Positions 54,948-64,000 of a DNA stretch of 64,000 nucleotides are shown piece after piece. The notes under the pieces were generated by a model. The model worked only from the letters and a program-made list of their open reading frames with translations. It ran no database searches and was not told where the DNA came from. Every line of letters begins with the position of its first letter. Position 1 is the first letter of the stretch. The translations under genes and the position numbers were made by a program. Origin of the DNA: an uncultured Candidatus Saccharibacteria bacterium (GTDB taxonomy: Bacteria; Patescibacteriota; Saccharimonadia; Saccharimonadales; AWTP1-31); NCBI GenBank assembly GCA_937903325.1, contig CALCZR010000058.1, forward strand, positions 129,034 to 193,033, written 5' to 3'.

Positions 54948-56741
54948 ATGATTAAAAAACTCTTTGCCACTCTTACGTTACTGCTATTTCCGCTCCTTAT
55001 AACAAGCCCGGTATTCGCAAGTACCCAGGACTTTACCGTCCAGAGTTTCACAGCAGATTACTACCTTACGAGGACCAGCGAGAAATACAGTCGTCTGTCC
55101 GTAGAGGAGACTATTGTGGCTCAGTTCCCAACCTACGACCAGAATCATGGCATTCTGCGAGCTATTCCTAAGAAATACCAGGGGCATGGTGTAAATTTAG
55201 AAGTCCAGAAAGTTACCGATGAAACAGGCAAATCATATAGCTACACGACTTTGAGCGAGAACGATAACAAAGTACTGAAGATTGGAGATGCCAATACGTA
55301 TGTACATGGCCTGACCACCTACAAGATTAGCTATGAGCTACGTAATGTTATTAACTTCCAGAATCTGGATGAATTCTACTGGGACATAAACGGGGATCAG
55401 TGGCAACAACCCATGACTAATGTCACTGGACGAGTACATCTATCTAAAGAGCTTTTTGAGCAGCTGTCAGGTGACCAAGTCTGCTATACCGGAGCATCCG
55501 GGTCTACGGAGCAAAACTGTATTATCTCCAAGTCAGAAGACGCAGCCGATGATCTGATGATAACGACAACTGCCGAGAACCTTGGTTCAGGTCAGAATGT
55601 CACCTTCGATATTGGCTTTACTAAGGGAACTTTTATCCAAGGCCCTGAGGTGGCAGCCGAGAAACGTAACTTTCTGATTGGCCTGATCGTTATCATTGCA
55701 GGCACGTTGATACTACCGTTCATTACCTTTGTCATCTTGTACCGCAAATGGAAAGCTGAAGGTAAAGATCCAAAGGGCAGGGGCGTTATTATCCCCGAAT
55801 ACGTATCGCCAAAGGACCTGAACGTTATAAGCAGTGCCTACGTATTGGAGCAGAAGACGGCCGCCAAAGCCTTGTCGGCGGGCATTATCGAGGCAGCAGT
55901 GCAGGGGTATCTGCGTCTGAGTGAGATAAAGAAAGATAAGCTCATTGGCTCTTCTACTGAATACGAGCTAGAGATTACTAAGCCCATCTCCGACCTGAGC
56001 ATTGAACAGCAAGATCTAATCAGCAAACTCTTCGATGGTAACGTCAGCGTCGGACACACCGTTTCGGTCAATGCCCAAAAGAATAAGCTGTACAGTGTTC
56101 TTTCTAAGATAGATAGTCATCTAGCGCAGAGCCTTACGACTGCTGGTTACTTTACCAGTAATCCGGCAAAGGCTCGTAGCAGGTTCGTCGGGCGAGCTAC
56201 TGTTATGCTGTTTGCCGGCATTGGACTACTGTTCTTTATCCCGATTCTATTCCCAATTGAGATTAGCCTAATACTATCCGGTGTTATAGCCTTCGTGTTT
56301 AGTAGTATCATGCCAGCACGCAGCGAGCAGGGCGTTGCCACCCGCGATTACCTACTAGGCCTTAAGGAATATATAAAGCTGGCAGAAAAAGACCGTTTGT
56401 CCTATCTACAGAGCCCGCAGGGCGCTGAAAAGAAGCATATTGATCCCAATAGCCCTAAACAGCAAATCAAGCTCTTTGAAGACCTCCTGCCATATGCCAT
56501 GTTATTTGGCCTAGAAAAAGATTGGGCTAAACAGTTCAAAGATCTCTACAGTCAACCACCAAGCTGGTATTCAGGAAATATGAACACTTTTAACGCAGTG
56601 TACCTGGCTAATTCACTGGGTAGCTTCAATAGCGCAACGACAACTGCTTTCACCGCACCAAGCAGCTCAGGATCGAGCGGTTTTGGTGGGGGTGGCTTCT
56701 CTGGTGGTGGAGGAGGGGGTGGGGGCGGAGGAGGCTGGTAG
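54948..56741 (+). CDS. DUF2207-like membrane protein with Gly-rich C-terminus
   Basis: Signal peptide MIKKLFATLTLLLFPLLITSPVFA (ATG 54948), internal TM segments, C-terminal SSSGSSGFGGGGFSGGGGGGGGGGGW typical of DUF2207. Confidence 0.7.
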   Translation: MIKKLFATLTLLLFPLLITSPVFASTQDFTVQSFTADYYLTRTSEKYSRLSVEETIVAQFPTYDQNHGILRAIPKKYQGHGVNLEVQKVTDETGKSYSYTTLSENDNKVLKIGDANTYVHGLTTYKISYELRNVINFQNLDEFYWDINGDQWQQPMTNVTGRVHLSKELFEQLSGDQVCYTGASGSTEQNCIISKSEDAADDLMITTTAENLGSGQNVTFDIGFTKGTFIQGPEVAAEKRNFLIGLIVIIAGTLILPFITFVILYRKWKAEGKDPKGRGVIIPEYVSPKDLNVISSAYVLEQKTAAKALSAGIIEAAVQGYLRLSEIKKDKLIGSSTEYELEITKPISDLSIEQQDLISKLFDGNVSVGHTVSVNAQKNKLYSVLSKIDSHLAQSLTTAGYFTSNPAKARSRFVGRATVMLFAGIGLLFFIPILFPIEISLILSGVIAFVFSSIMPARSEQGVATRDYLLGLKEYIKLAEKDRLSYLQSPQGAEKKHIDPNSPKQQIKLFEDLLPYAMLFGLEKDWAKQFKDLYSQPPSWYSGNMNTFNAVYLANSLGSFNSATTTAFTAPSSSGSSGFGGGGFSGGGGGGGGGGGW

Positions 56742-56766
56742 CTCTCCCTGGATCAGTAAATTTTTC

Positions 56767-57120
56767 TTATTGAATCTGGTCAGCAGTTGGGTTTGCGTGC
56801 GGGTTAATACGGCCTGCAGCTTCTGCTTCTGGTGAAAGCTCGAGCAGATCAACAGGTGTTATTACAACATCAGCTAACGTGATCACCGTATCAGGAAAAC
56901 GATGTTCTGTCGTTTTACCAACATTGTTTCCGTCTTCTCCATCACCGATAGGTTCATAGCCACCGTCAACATCTGGCATCGCAAGTAGCACTGGCGCTAC
57001 TAGATCATCAGCGTGTCGTGCTCCGATTCCTGGCGTAACATCTGCAACCCAACGCTTTTGTGTATCACTATAACCGCTCCATACTGGTACTTGAACATCT
57101 GATCCTTCGTACATTGGCAT
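56767..57120 (-). CDS. Hypothetical acidic protein (117 aa)
   Basis: Supported by the ORF only. Confidence 0.45.
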   Translation of the reverse strand: MPMYEGSDVQVPVWSGYSDTQKRWVADVTPGIGARHADDLVAPVLLAMPDVDGGYEPIGDGEDGNNVGKTTEHRFPDTVITLADVVITPVDLLELSPEAEAAGRINPHANPTADQIQ

Positions 57121-57199
57121 ATCTTTATCTCCTTACGTAAATTTGTACTTATTTTAACACATTTTGTGCTGTATTACAATCATAATAATAGTCTAGAAA

Positions 57200-57560
57200 T
57201 GTAAAGAGCCTACAGAGGGGGTGGGCACCGCTGTAGGCTCATTACACCCTTCAACCCACCCGAGCGAAGCATCAGCGCCTAATAATATGTAATGGCCTGT
57301 GCCGTCCCAAGAAATCTTGGGAACATCTGTAAGACTCGCTTTGAATTCGGGGCTCCTTTATCGTCGAAACGATAGGGGGACTAGTTAAAGGGGTTAGTCT
57401 GTTTTAGAGCGCTGCAGACAGTAAACTGCTGCAACGAAAGAAAAGTGGAGGGTAACAACTTTTGGCTCGAACGCTCTAAAACAATCTAACAATTGTTAGA
57501 ATTTGGGGTAGAAGGTACGTAATCCCAACAATGTGGAATTACAAGTTGCCATATTAGCAA
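57200..57560 (-). ncRNA. Candidate structured RNA or leader of unknown class
   Basis: A 450-bp ORF-free gap dense in hairpins. They include a UUCG-loop hairpin on the minus strand (57359-57374), CCCAAG/CTTGGG, and an 11-bp long-range inverted repeat (57401-57411 / 57472-57482). GAGCCTACAG/CTGTAGGCTC (57207-57240) is followed on the minus strand by TTTACATTT. Confidence 0.25.
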
Positions 57561-57572
57561 ATTAGTTACATA

Positions 57573-58298
57573 ATGTCAATACTATTTATTCTTTTTGAGG
57601 GGAAAGCAAATATATTGCTTATGGAAATTCAGAGGGTATATCCACAAGATCAGACAGCAACAAAGGTGTTATCACAGCTAGCGCAGCCGGTACGAGAACT
57701 GTTTTACACTGGTAATCTTTTAGAGCTATTGGAACGGCCATGTGTAGCTATTGTGGGCAGTCGCAAGGTGACCGATTACGGCATAGCTGTCACGACCCAG
57801 TTAGCTAAGGAGTTAACTCAAGCTGGCGTAGTAATTATTAGCGGCCTAGCTCTTGGTGTTGACTCTATCGCGCACCAGGCAGCCTTAGATGCTGGCGGCA
57901 AGACTATTGCTATCCTGCCAGCAGGGCTGGACCAGATATATCCCAGTCGCCACCAGAGACTAGCAGAAGATATCGTGAGGCAGGGTGGGGCACTGGCGAG
58001 CGAATTCCCAACCGGGCAGGGGCGACCGCAGAAGTACCAATTTATTGCCCGTAACCGGATTATCGCGGCACTATCCCAAGGGCTACTCATAACCGAAGCG
58101 GCTCGCAAAAGCGGGAGTCTGCATACAGCTAACTTTGCCCTGGAGCAGGGCATTGAGGTGTTTGCAGTGCCTGGCAGTATACTGAATCAGACATCCGACG
58201 GCACTAACGAACTTATTAAGAACGGTGCTGCACCGGTAACAAACGTACGAGATATCTTAGAGGTTTTGAATATGCATGCCAACAAGGAACTGTTTTGA
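57573..58298 (+). CDS. dprA: DNA-processing protein DprA (short form)
   Basis: VAIVGSRKVTDYG, VIISGLALGVDSIAHQAAL, GGKTIAILPAGLD. An alternative start is the ATG at 57621. Confidence 0.85.
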   Translation: MSILFILFEGKANILLMEIQRVYPQDQTATKVLSQLAQPVRELFYTGNLLELLERPCVAIVGSRKVTDYGIAVTTQLAKELTQAGVVIISGLALGVDSIAHQAALDAGGKTIAILPAGLDQIYPSRHQRLAEDIVRQGGALASEFPTGQGRPQKYQFIARNRIIAALSQGLLITEAARKSGSLHTANFALEQGIEVFAVPGSILNQTSDGTNELIKNGAAPVTNVRDILEVLNMHANKELF

Positions 58299-59065
58299 GT
58301 GAATCTAATAGCGAACTGCCGCGTCCTGAATCTATCCCCTTACAGACTGTTACCCAGACTGAGATAGCCAGGGTAATCATGGGAACTTTGTTCGATCTTG
58401 AACGCCTAGCAGTAGATTACGGCGCCGATCCAAGCTTGGGAGGAAAAATCGATGAAGTTCCTAGTTACGACTTTACAGAACTTTACCAAAAGACAGACTG
58501 GGTATGCAGCCTGAGGGACCCTCTTTTCGAGAGGCCGTTCGTATCAACTGACAAACGTTTTCCCATTGAACATGCTCCAGCTACAAATGAGTTAACTCGA
58601 TCATTAGATATTCACTTTACGCACGGTTTAGCCGAACTTGATGGAAAGCCTTGGGAAGGACCTCGTATAGGTATGCATGACTGTGGCTGGGGCCAAAACC
58701 CGGATGATATTGATGAAGAGATTAGCCTGGAACTATTCTACGACTCCCTTGCAGACCTAATCGGTAACACACTCCTACCAGACAACCCTAACTTTTATCC
58801 GAGCTTCGTGCGACGATTCGTATATGTCCAAAAAGAGGAAGAACCACAACGTGAAACTACTAAGCAGGATGACCTAGGCAGCTTATCCACTTGGGAGCTA
58901 ATAGCCAAATACCTTAAACAGTCTGAAGAGAGAGAATTAGCATATCAGGCCACAAAAGCACAGGAACGAGAAGACATGGCCACCCAGGAAGCCATGGGGC
59001 TCACTATCGTATCCGAGACGGAGGCCCAATCATTTCTTGCATTGGCCAGAAGAGTGATGTCATAG
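58295..59065 (+). CDS. Hypothetical protein (256 aa)
   Basis: Supported by the ORF only; overlaps the dprA stop by 4 nt. Confidence 0.5.
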   Translation: MSESNSELPRPESIPLQTVTQTEIARVIMGTLFDLERLAVDYGADPSLGGKIDEVPSYDFTELYQKTDWVCSLRDPLFERPFVSTDKRFPIEHAPATNELTRSLDIHFTHGLAELDGKPWEGPRIGMHDCGWGQNPDDIDEEISLELFYDSLADLIGNTLLPDNPNFYPSFVRRFVYVQKEEEPQRETTKQDDLGSLSTWELIAKYLKQSEERELAYQATKAQEREDMATQEAMGLTIVSETEAQSFLALARRVMS

Positions 59066-59198
59066 CGGTCTAAGATATAAAGTTGCATTCCCTCAGGTTT
59101 TGCCGTAACCTTACGCTTTGTGTGCCCGAACCTGGACCAGTACATATAAGTAAACGTTCAGGTTGCGGGTGGTATACTTAAGCGGTATTTACATATAT

Positions 59199-61523
59199 AT
59201 GGCAAAAAATCTTGTAATCGTAGAGTCTCCAGCAAAAGCTAAAACCATCGAGAAATATCTCGGTAAGGATTTCCATGTCCTGAGTTCTATTGGGCATATT
59301 CGTGGCATAGCTAAGAAGACGAAAGATGGTAAAGAGGCAATTGATGTTAAGAACGGCTTTGAAGCAGTCTATGAAGTAGACCCTGAAAAGAAAAAGACCG
59401 TCGCTGAACTAAAGAAAGCTGTTAAAGCTACTGACAGCGTTTGGCTGGCAACTGATGAAGACCGCGAAGGAGAGGCTATTGCCTGGCACTTATGTGAGGT
59501 ATTAAAGCTCGATCCTAAGACAACGAAGCGTATTGTGTTCCACGAAATCACCAAGGATGCCATTGAGGCAGCTGTAAAGTCACCACGCACGGTAGATATG
59601 AATCTCGTTAAGGCACAGCAAGCTCGACAGATCCTGGACCGCCTGGTGGGCTTTGAGTTGTCTCCAGTAGTCTGGCAGAAGGTGCCTGGCGGTAAGTCTG
59701 CCGGTCGTGTGCAATCTCCAGCCGTGCGTCTTCTTGTAGAGCGAGAACGTGAGATCAATGCCTTTGAAGGTTCCGCGACCTTCAAGGTTACGGTGGAGCT
59801 CAAAGCCAAAGGTACAACCTTTAAGGCAGAGCTGCCAAAGAAGTTCGACAAAGAAGCAGATGCCCACAAGTTCTTAGAGAGCCTTATCGGAGCTAAGTTC
59901 ACTGTAACAGATGTTACTACCAGCCCCGGCACTCGTAATCCCGGCGCTCCATTTACAACCAGCACACTGCAGCAAGAAGCCAACAGCCGGCTCGGCTTTG
60001 GGGCTAAGGCCACCATGGGCAGTGCTCAGAAGCTCTACCAAGAAGGTAAGATCACCTATATGCGTACCGACTCTGTTAACCTCAGTGGTCAAGCCCTTGG
60101 GCAAATGACCGACTTTATTAAATCCACGTACGGCGAAGAATACCACCAGTTCAGGACCTTCAAGACTAAATCTAGTGGTGCCCAGGAAGCTCACGAAGCT
60201 ATTCGCCCAACAGATGTACGCGTCGAAAAGGCTAGTAGTGACAGCTATAACCAGAAACTATATGATCTCATTCGGCGCCGAACACTCGCCAGCCAGATGG
60301 CCCCAGCAAAACTAGAGAAAACTACTGTTACCATTGCTATCTCTACTGGTAAGCAAGTATTGGAAGCTAAGGGCGAAGTCATTATCTTCGATGGTTTCCT
60401 CAAGGTGTACGGCACCAACAAGAAAGAAGACGATATTCTTCCAGCCGTTGCCGCAGAAGATGAGCTTTCTCTGGTAAATGCCAACGCCAAGCAGGTCTTT
60501 GCTCGGCCTCCCGCTCGCTACTCAGAAGGTAGCCTGGTCAAGAAGCTCGAAGACCTCGGTATTGGCCGACCAAGTACCTACGCCACCATTATTAACACCG
60601 TGCAGGTGAGAGGTTACGCCGAAAAGGGTGACTCAGAAGGCACTCCACGTGATGTGATCGTTCTCAACCTCAAGGGTGGCAAGAGGGTAGAACGAGAAGT
60701 GATACAGGAAAACACCGGTAGTAACAGAGGTAAATTAATCCCAACACCCGGTGGAGAAGTGCTTACTGACTTCTTGAATGACCATTTTGACCAGGTTGTA
60801 GACTACGATTTCACCAAAGATGTAGAGCAAGAGTTCGACGATATCGCCGACGGCAAACTAGAGCGTAACAAGATGCTCCAGGAGTTCTACGATCCATTCC
60901 ACAAGCTCATCGAGAAGAGTGGTGGCATTAAGCGAAGCGACGTAGCCCAAGCCCGAGAAATAGGTAAAGACCCTAAGACCGGTAAAACAGTTCTCGCTCG
61001 TTTTGGGCGTTTTGGGCCGATGCTGCAGATGGGTGACACCGAGGCTAAAAATGCCGAGGGTAAGGAAGAAAAGCCACGCTTTGCACCACTGCCAGCTGGC
61101 GCCCGACTGGAAACCGTTACCCTAGAAGAAGCCCTGGAAATGTTTAAGCTCCCTCGGACTGTTGGTCAAACCGACGATGGCAAGGATATAAAGGCCAATA
61201 TTGGCCGCTTTGGGCCATATATCCAGGTAGATAAGCTGTTCGTAAGTATCAAACCATTAGATCCATTCACCATTACTCATAAAGAAGCTCTGGAGCTCTA
61301 CAAAGCGAAACTGAAGGCCGAGGCCGAGAAGTACATAAATACCTTTGATGACGGCGTACAGGTTCTCAACGGCCGCTACGGACCATATGTTACTGACGGT
61401 AAGAAAAACGCCAAGATCCCTAAAGATACCGATCCTAAGAAGATTACTCACGAACAAGCATTGAAGATTCTCAAAGAGACCCCTGAAAAGAAGGGTCGTT
61501 TCGGTCGTCGCGCCAAGAAATAA
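59199..61523 (+). CDS. topA: DNA topoisomerase I
   Basis: MAKNLVIVESPAKAKTIEKYLG (Toprim), ATDEDREGEAIAWH, active-site region ITYMRTDS, Lys-rich C-terminal repeats. The ATG at 59199 is preferred over the track start at 59163. Confidence 0.95.
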   Translation: MAKNLVIVESPAKAKTIEKYLGKDFHVLSSIGHIRGIAKKTKDGKEAIDVKNGFEAVYEVDPEKKKTVAELKKAVKATDSVWLATDEDREGEAIAWHLCEVLKLDPKTTKRIVFHEITKDAIEAAVKSPRTVDMNLVKAQQARQILDRLVGFELSPVVWQKVPGGKSAGRVQSPAVRLLVEREREINAFEGSATFKVTVELKAKGTTFKAELPKKFDKEADAHKFLESLIGAKFTVTDVTTSPGTRNPGAPFTTSTLQQEANSRLGFGAKATMGSAQKLYQEGKITYMRTDSVNLSGQALGQMTDFIKSTYGEEYHQFRTFKTKSSGAQEAHEAIRPTDVRVEKASSDSYNQKLYDLIRRRTLASQMAPAKLEKTTVTIAISTGKQVLEAKGEVIIFDGFLKVYGTNKKEDDILPAVAAEDELSLVNANAKQVFARPPARYSEGSLVKKLEDLGIGRPSTYATIINTVQVRGYAEKGDSEGTPRDVIVLNLKGGKRVEREVIQENTGSNRGKLIPTPGGEVLTDFLNDHFDQVVDYDFTKDVEQEFDDIADGKLERNKMLQEFYDPFHKLIEKSGGIKRSDVAQAREIGKDPKTGKTVLARFGRFGPMLQMGDTEAKNAEGKEEKPRFAPLPAGARLETVTLEEALEMFKLPRTVGQTDDGKDIKANIGRFGPYIQVDKLFVSIKPLDPFTITHKEALELYKAKLKAEAEKYINTFDDGVQVLNGRYGPYVTDGKKNAKIPKDTDPKKITHEQALKILKETPEKKGRFGRRAKK

Positions 61524-61552
61524 CATTGACCTCTCTGTTACTATAGATAGTA

Positions 61553-62500
61553 ATGAGAAATCTAGAAGTTGCAGGCGTCATGGGTATCTCGGCCGCTCTA
61601 GGGCTTGGGCTTGGCATAGCGGCTGAAGCACGCGAGGATCAGCTTGCCGCTTCCAACCTTGCAACCGCACAGGCATGCCTTGATGCCTATACCAATCCTG
61701 CACAACCGGACGCAGTTACAAAGGAGACAGAAGACTGCCTCCGCAGAGAGTGGACCCCAGACTCGCGGTTCAGGACCGTTCGCCTAGAAGATCTGAATGT
61801 CGTGGAGGGATCTCCAGTAGCCTTTGTTCGAGCCTTTATCGAACACGAGCGAGATGAAGCAAATGGCCTCAATCTTACGTTTCCGGCGTGCGGAGCCGTG
61901 GTTGGGGCACTGGTGGGCCTGTTGCTCAGTGGCTACATTGTAGGAAATGAGTCCTCCCCATATAAGCCACTAGACACGCGACTATACCAGCCCCAAGATG
62001 AGAAAGATTTGAATAGGTTACTCCGTGCTGCAGAGCCAGTAACAAGCCTTGTATCACAACGTGCCAGCCAGGCACCCCCAGTGGCCCGAAAATTCCATGC
62101 AGACCCTGGAGCAACAACATACGTAGGTCTGCGTGAAGGCTCTCCGGTAGCATTTGCAAGCTACAACCTCAAAGAGATTGTTGCCGATGCCCCTGTGCAA
62201 GCAGACGAAGCTCAAGCTCAAGAACCAGATTCGTACGCAGTGATCACTAGCCTTGTCATAGATTCTCTACCAGACAAGAGGGGGCAAAACAAGCTCCTAG
62301 CTGGACTTGAGGCAACGGCTATAAAGAATGGCATACAAACTCTTTCGGCCACCGTTACAGCAGATCAAGAACTGCTTCGAGCTCTCCTTGAACGCAGTCA
62401 ATATGCCTTAGTAGACAGGCAGTCAATGGCAGGTCCTGAGGGAAAACTTGTAGATGCAATCCTGTATACAAAGGATTTATCGGCTCCTGAAGTTGCGTAA
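61553..62500 (+). CDS. Hypothetical protein, possible GNAT-like C-terminal half
   Basis: N-terminal hydrophobic segments. The C-terminal VITSLVIDSLPDKRGQNKLL loosely resembles acetyltransferase motif A. Weak evidence. Confidence 0.4.
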   Translation: MRNLEVAGVMGISAALGLGLGIAAEAREDQLAASNLATAQACLDAYTNPAQPDAVTKETEDCLRREWTPDSRFRTVRLEDLNVVEGSPVAFVRAFIEHERDEANGLNLTFPACGAVVGALVGLLLSGYIVGNESSPYKPLDTRLYQPQDEKDLNRLLRAAEPVTSLVSQRASQAPPVARKFHADPGATTYVGLREGSPVAFASYNLKEIVADAPVQADEAQAQEPDSYAVITSLVIDSLPDKRGQNKLLAGLEATAIKNGIQTLSATVTADQELLRALLERSQYALVDRQSMAGPEGKLVDAILYTKDLSAPEVA

Positions 62501-62688
62501 TCAGATTGTCCACATATTTGTATCTATTACCAGTAAATACTGCAGTAATATTGACATACACTTTTTGTGCTAATACGGCCATAAACTGCTACAATAAGTT
62601 CATTAGTATATATGTTTGACTTTAATGAGTATTAGTTATATAATTAACGTAAATAAAGTCATATAACACTTAAAAAGGGAAGAACTTT

Positions 62689-63723
62689 ATGTCAGACACC
62701 GCAGACCGCAAGACCGATATCGAAGCTATCGTAAAGGATATTCTAGATACCATTGAGCGTGAGCGAGAACGCGAGATTGTCTCTCGTCGCTTCGGCCTCT
62801 TCGACCGCAAAGAAACTCTTGAGCAGATCGGTGAGCTGCTTGGCATTACTCGTGAACGCGTTCGACAGCTTGAAAAGGCTGTTATTGCTCGCCTTAAGAC
62901 TGCAGCAGAGCAGGACCTTCCTCACGTTAGTGATATTGAGAAGCAGTTTGTACAAGAGCTCGTTGCCGTCGGGAATGTTGCCCGTATCGCTGACATTACT
63001 CCTAGATTTACTGAAGAGAATGACCGGATCAACCAAGCTCGCGTTTCTTTCCTCGCAAGCCTCTGCCCTAAGCTCGTCGTTGTCGATGACAATGACCACT
63101 TCTACCACACTGTTGGTATCAAGTCTGTACATGACGAGAAAGCCCTTAAGGAGCAGGTTACTGCTATTGTAGCCGCTATCAAGAAGATTGGTGAACCAAC
63201 TGCTATCAAGGCTGTTGCTGAAGCAGTTAAAGACACTGACGTACGGCACGCTGAAGCACTTGCAAGTGCCAGCAAGCAACTTGCTACCCTTAACGGCCTC
63301 TGGGGCCTTGTAAAGTGGCCTACCGTTAATCCTAAGAACATTCGTGACAAGATCTACGTAATTCTGCACGTTGGTGGCAAGCCACTTCACTTTAATGAAA
63401 TCGCTAAGGCTATCAAGGATTCTGAGTTCAAGCGCAAAGATGTTACTACTCAGGCAATTCACAACGAACTTATCAAAGACGGCCGCTTCGTTCTGATAGG
63501 GCGCGGGATTTACGCTCTTAAGGAATGGGGCTACAGCAAGGGTACTGTTGCTGACATTATCATTGATGTCCTCAAGAAGGCAGGGGAGCCACTGCACCGT
63601 GACGAGATCGTCAAGCGTGTTCTCAAGAGCAGGCAAGTGAAGGAAACCACTATCCTTCTCAATCTCCAGGGCAAAGCTCAGTTCAAGCGTGTAGCTAAAG
63701 CTACATATACGCTTGCTGAATAG
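62689..63723 (+). CDS. Sigma-70 region-4-like HTH protein with two C-terminal HARE-HTH-like domains
   Basis: LEQIGELLGITRERVRQLEKAVIARLK is the sigma70_r4 signature. Two repeats resemble the HARE-HTH (RNAP delta N-terminal type): IYVILHVGGKPLHFNEIAKAI... and VADIIIDVLKKAGEPLHRDEIVKRV.... Confidence 0.6.
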   Translation: MSDTADRKTDIEAIVKDILDTIEREREREIVSRRFGLFDRKETLEQIGELLGITRERVRQLEKAVIARLKTAAEQDLPHVSDIEKQFVQELVAVGNVARIADITPRFTEENDRINQARVSFLASLCPKLVVVDDNDHFYHTVGIKSVHDEKALKEQVTAIVAAIKKIGEPTAIKAVAEAVKDTDVRHAEALASASKQLATLNGLWGLVKWPTVNPKNIRDKIYVILHVGGKPLHFNEIAKAIKDSEFKRKDVTTQAIHNELIKDGRFVLIGRGIYALKEWGYSKGTVADIIIDVLKKAGEPLHRDEIVKRVLKSRQVKETTILLNLQGKAQFKRVAKATYTLAE

Positions 63724-63737
63724 GGAGGAGGCTTCCT

Positions 63738-64000
63738 GTGGTTGAAGCTATCATTGATATTCACGATCAAACAGGGCTCCCAATCTTTAGTCCTGACTTC
63801 CCGTACTTGAGTAAGCATGACCTCCGTGACATAAACGCATCGACGGAACCTGAGTTTTTACGCGAGTTAAGTATGAATGTCCCACCTCAGGGATACGACA
63901 TAAACGACGTTACTGCTCGCACTGACCGTGAGATAGCGCGTCTATTAAACTATCGTGGCATGCCACCCTCAGCCGTAGTTGAGCATCAGTGGGGTCTACG
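63738..64000 (+). CDS. Hypothetical protein (5' part; runs off window end)
   Basis: The GTG at 63738 is preceded by GGGAGGAGG. The frame is open to the end of the window. Confidence 0.5.
   Translation, partial: MVEAIIDIHDQTGLPIFSPDFPYLSKHDLRDINASTEPEFLRELSMNVPPQGYDINDVTARTDREIARLLNYRGMPPSAVVEHQWGL

Noticed and set aside
56640-56741. Gly-rich GGTGGxGG DNA repeat at the end of the DUF2207 gene as a possible tandem repeat or G-quadruplex element
   Set aside because: It encodes the poly-Gly C-terminal tail that is a normal feature of DUF2207 proteins. It has no independent repeat structure.
57401-57411. GTTTTAGAGC, identical to the start of type II-A CRISPR repeats, raising the possibility of a CRISPR or tracrRNA element
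   Set aside because: There is only one copy plus its inverted complement 60 nt away. There is no array of repeats and spacers, and no cas genes in the window.
57200-57560. Identification of the structured gap as tmRNA or RNase P RNA
   Set aside because: There is no tRNA-like acceptor/T-arm pairing or plausible tag ORF ending in alanines. The conserved RNase P P4 sequences are absent. The region is kept only as an unclassified candidate.
62743-63636. 297-aa minus-strand ORF
   Set aside because: It is antisense to the plus-strand gene carrying a clear sigma70 region-4 motif. Its composition is low-complexity Leu/Ser/Asn-rich and it has no motifs.
1-64000. Alternative genetic code (UGA or UAG reassignment as in some CPR lineages)
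   Set aside because: Long, well-conserved housekeeping ORFs terminate normally at TGA, TAA and TAG. No conserved gene needs read-through except the single TAG in the TraD-like gene, which is more simply a nonsense mutation.

Overview
The window looks like a chromosomal segment from a small-genome monoderm bacterium using the standard genetic code (TGA, TAA and TAG all end long ORFs). Gene content resembles Patescibacteria/CPR, Saccharibacteria-like; that placement is inference only. All calls come from reading the sequence and ORF track by eye; no searches were run, and start codons are often uncertain. The flanks (1-19.4 kb and 48.4-64 kb) carry ordinary housekeeping genes: an ABC exporter, pyrH, xth, pip, gltX, a umuDC-like pair, rlmH, a two-component pair, a pseudouridine synthase, der, pth, dprA, topA, and tRNA-Ser and tRNA-Leu. 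The centre (19,444-48,331; about 28.9 kb) looks like an integrated element in the 3' end of tRNA-Glu(CUC). It is bounded by a 16-bp direct repeat and carries a large serine recombinase whose ORF crosses the att core. It also has a replication-relaxation-like protein, a TraD/VirD4-like ATPase with an in-frame TAG, a PLD-family nuclease and an XRE regulator. Its cargo is the most interesting part. Seven paralogous secreted beta-helix proteins have conserved ends, variable cores and an atypical APNTG sorting signal. With them are two dedicated sortases plus a relic of a third, a 2271-aa histidine kinase with a GLUG/FN3 ectodomain, and a duplicated DUF3800 cassette. Six of the seven paralogs have a G7-G9 homopolymer inside the -35/-10 promoter spacer. 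This suggests a per-gene phase-variation switch.
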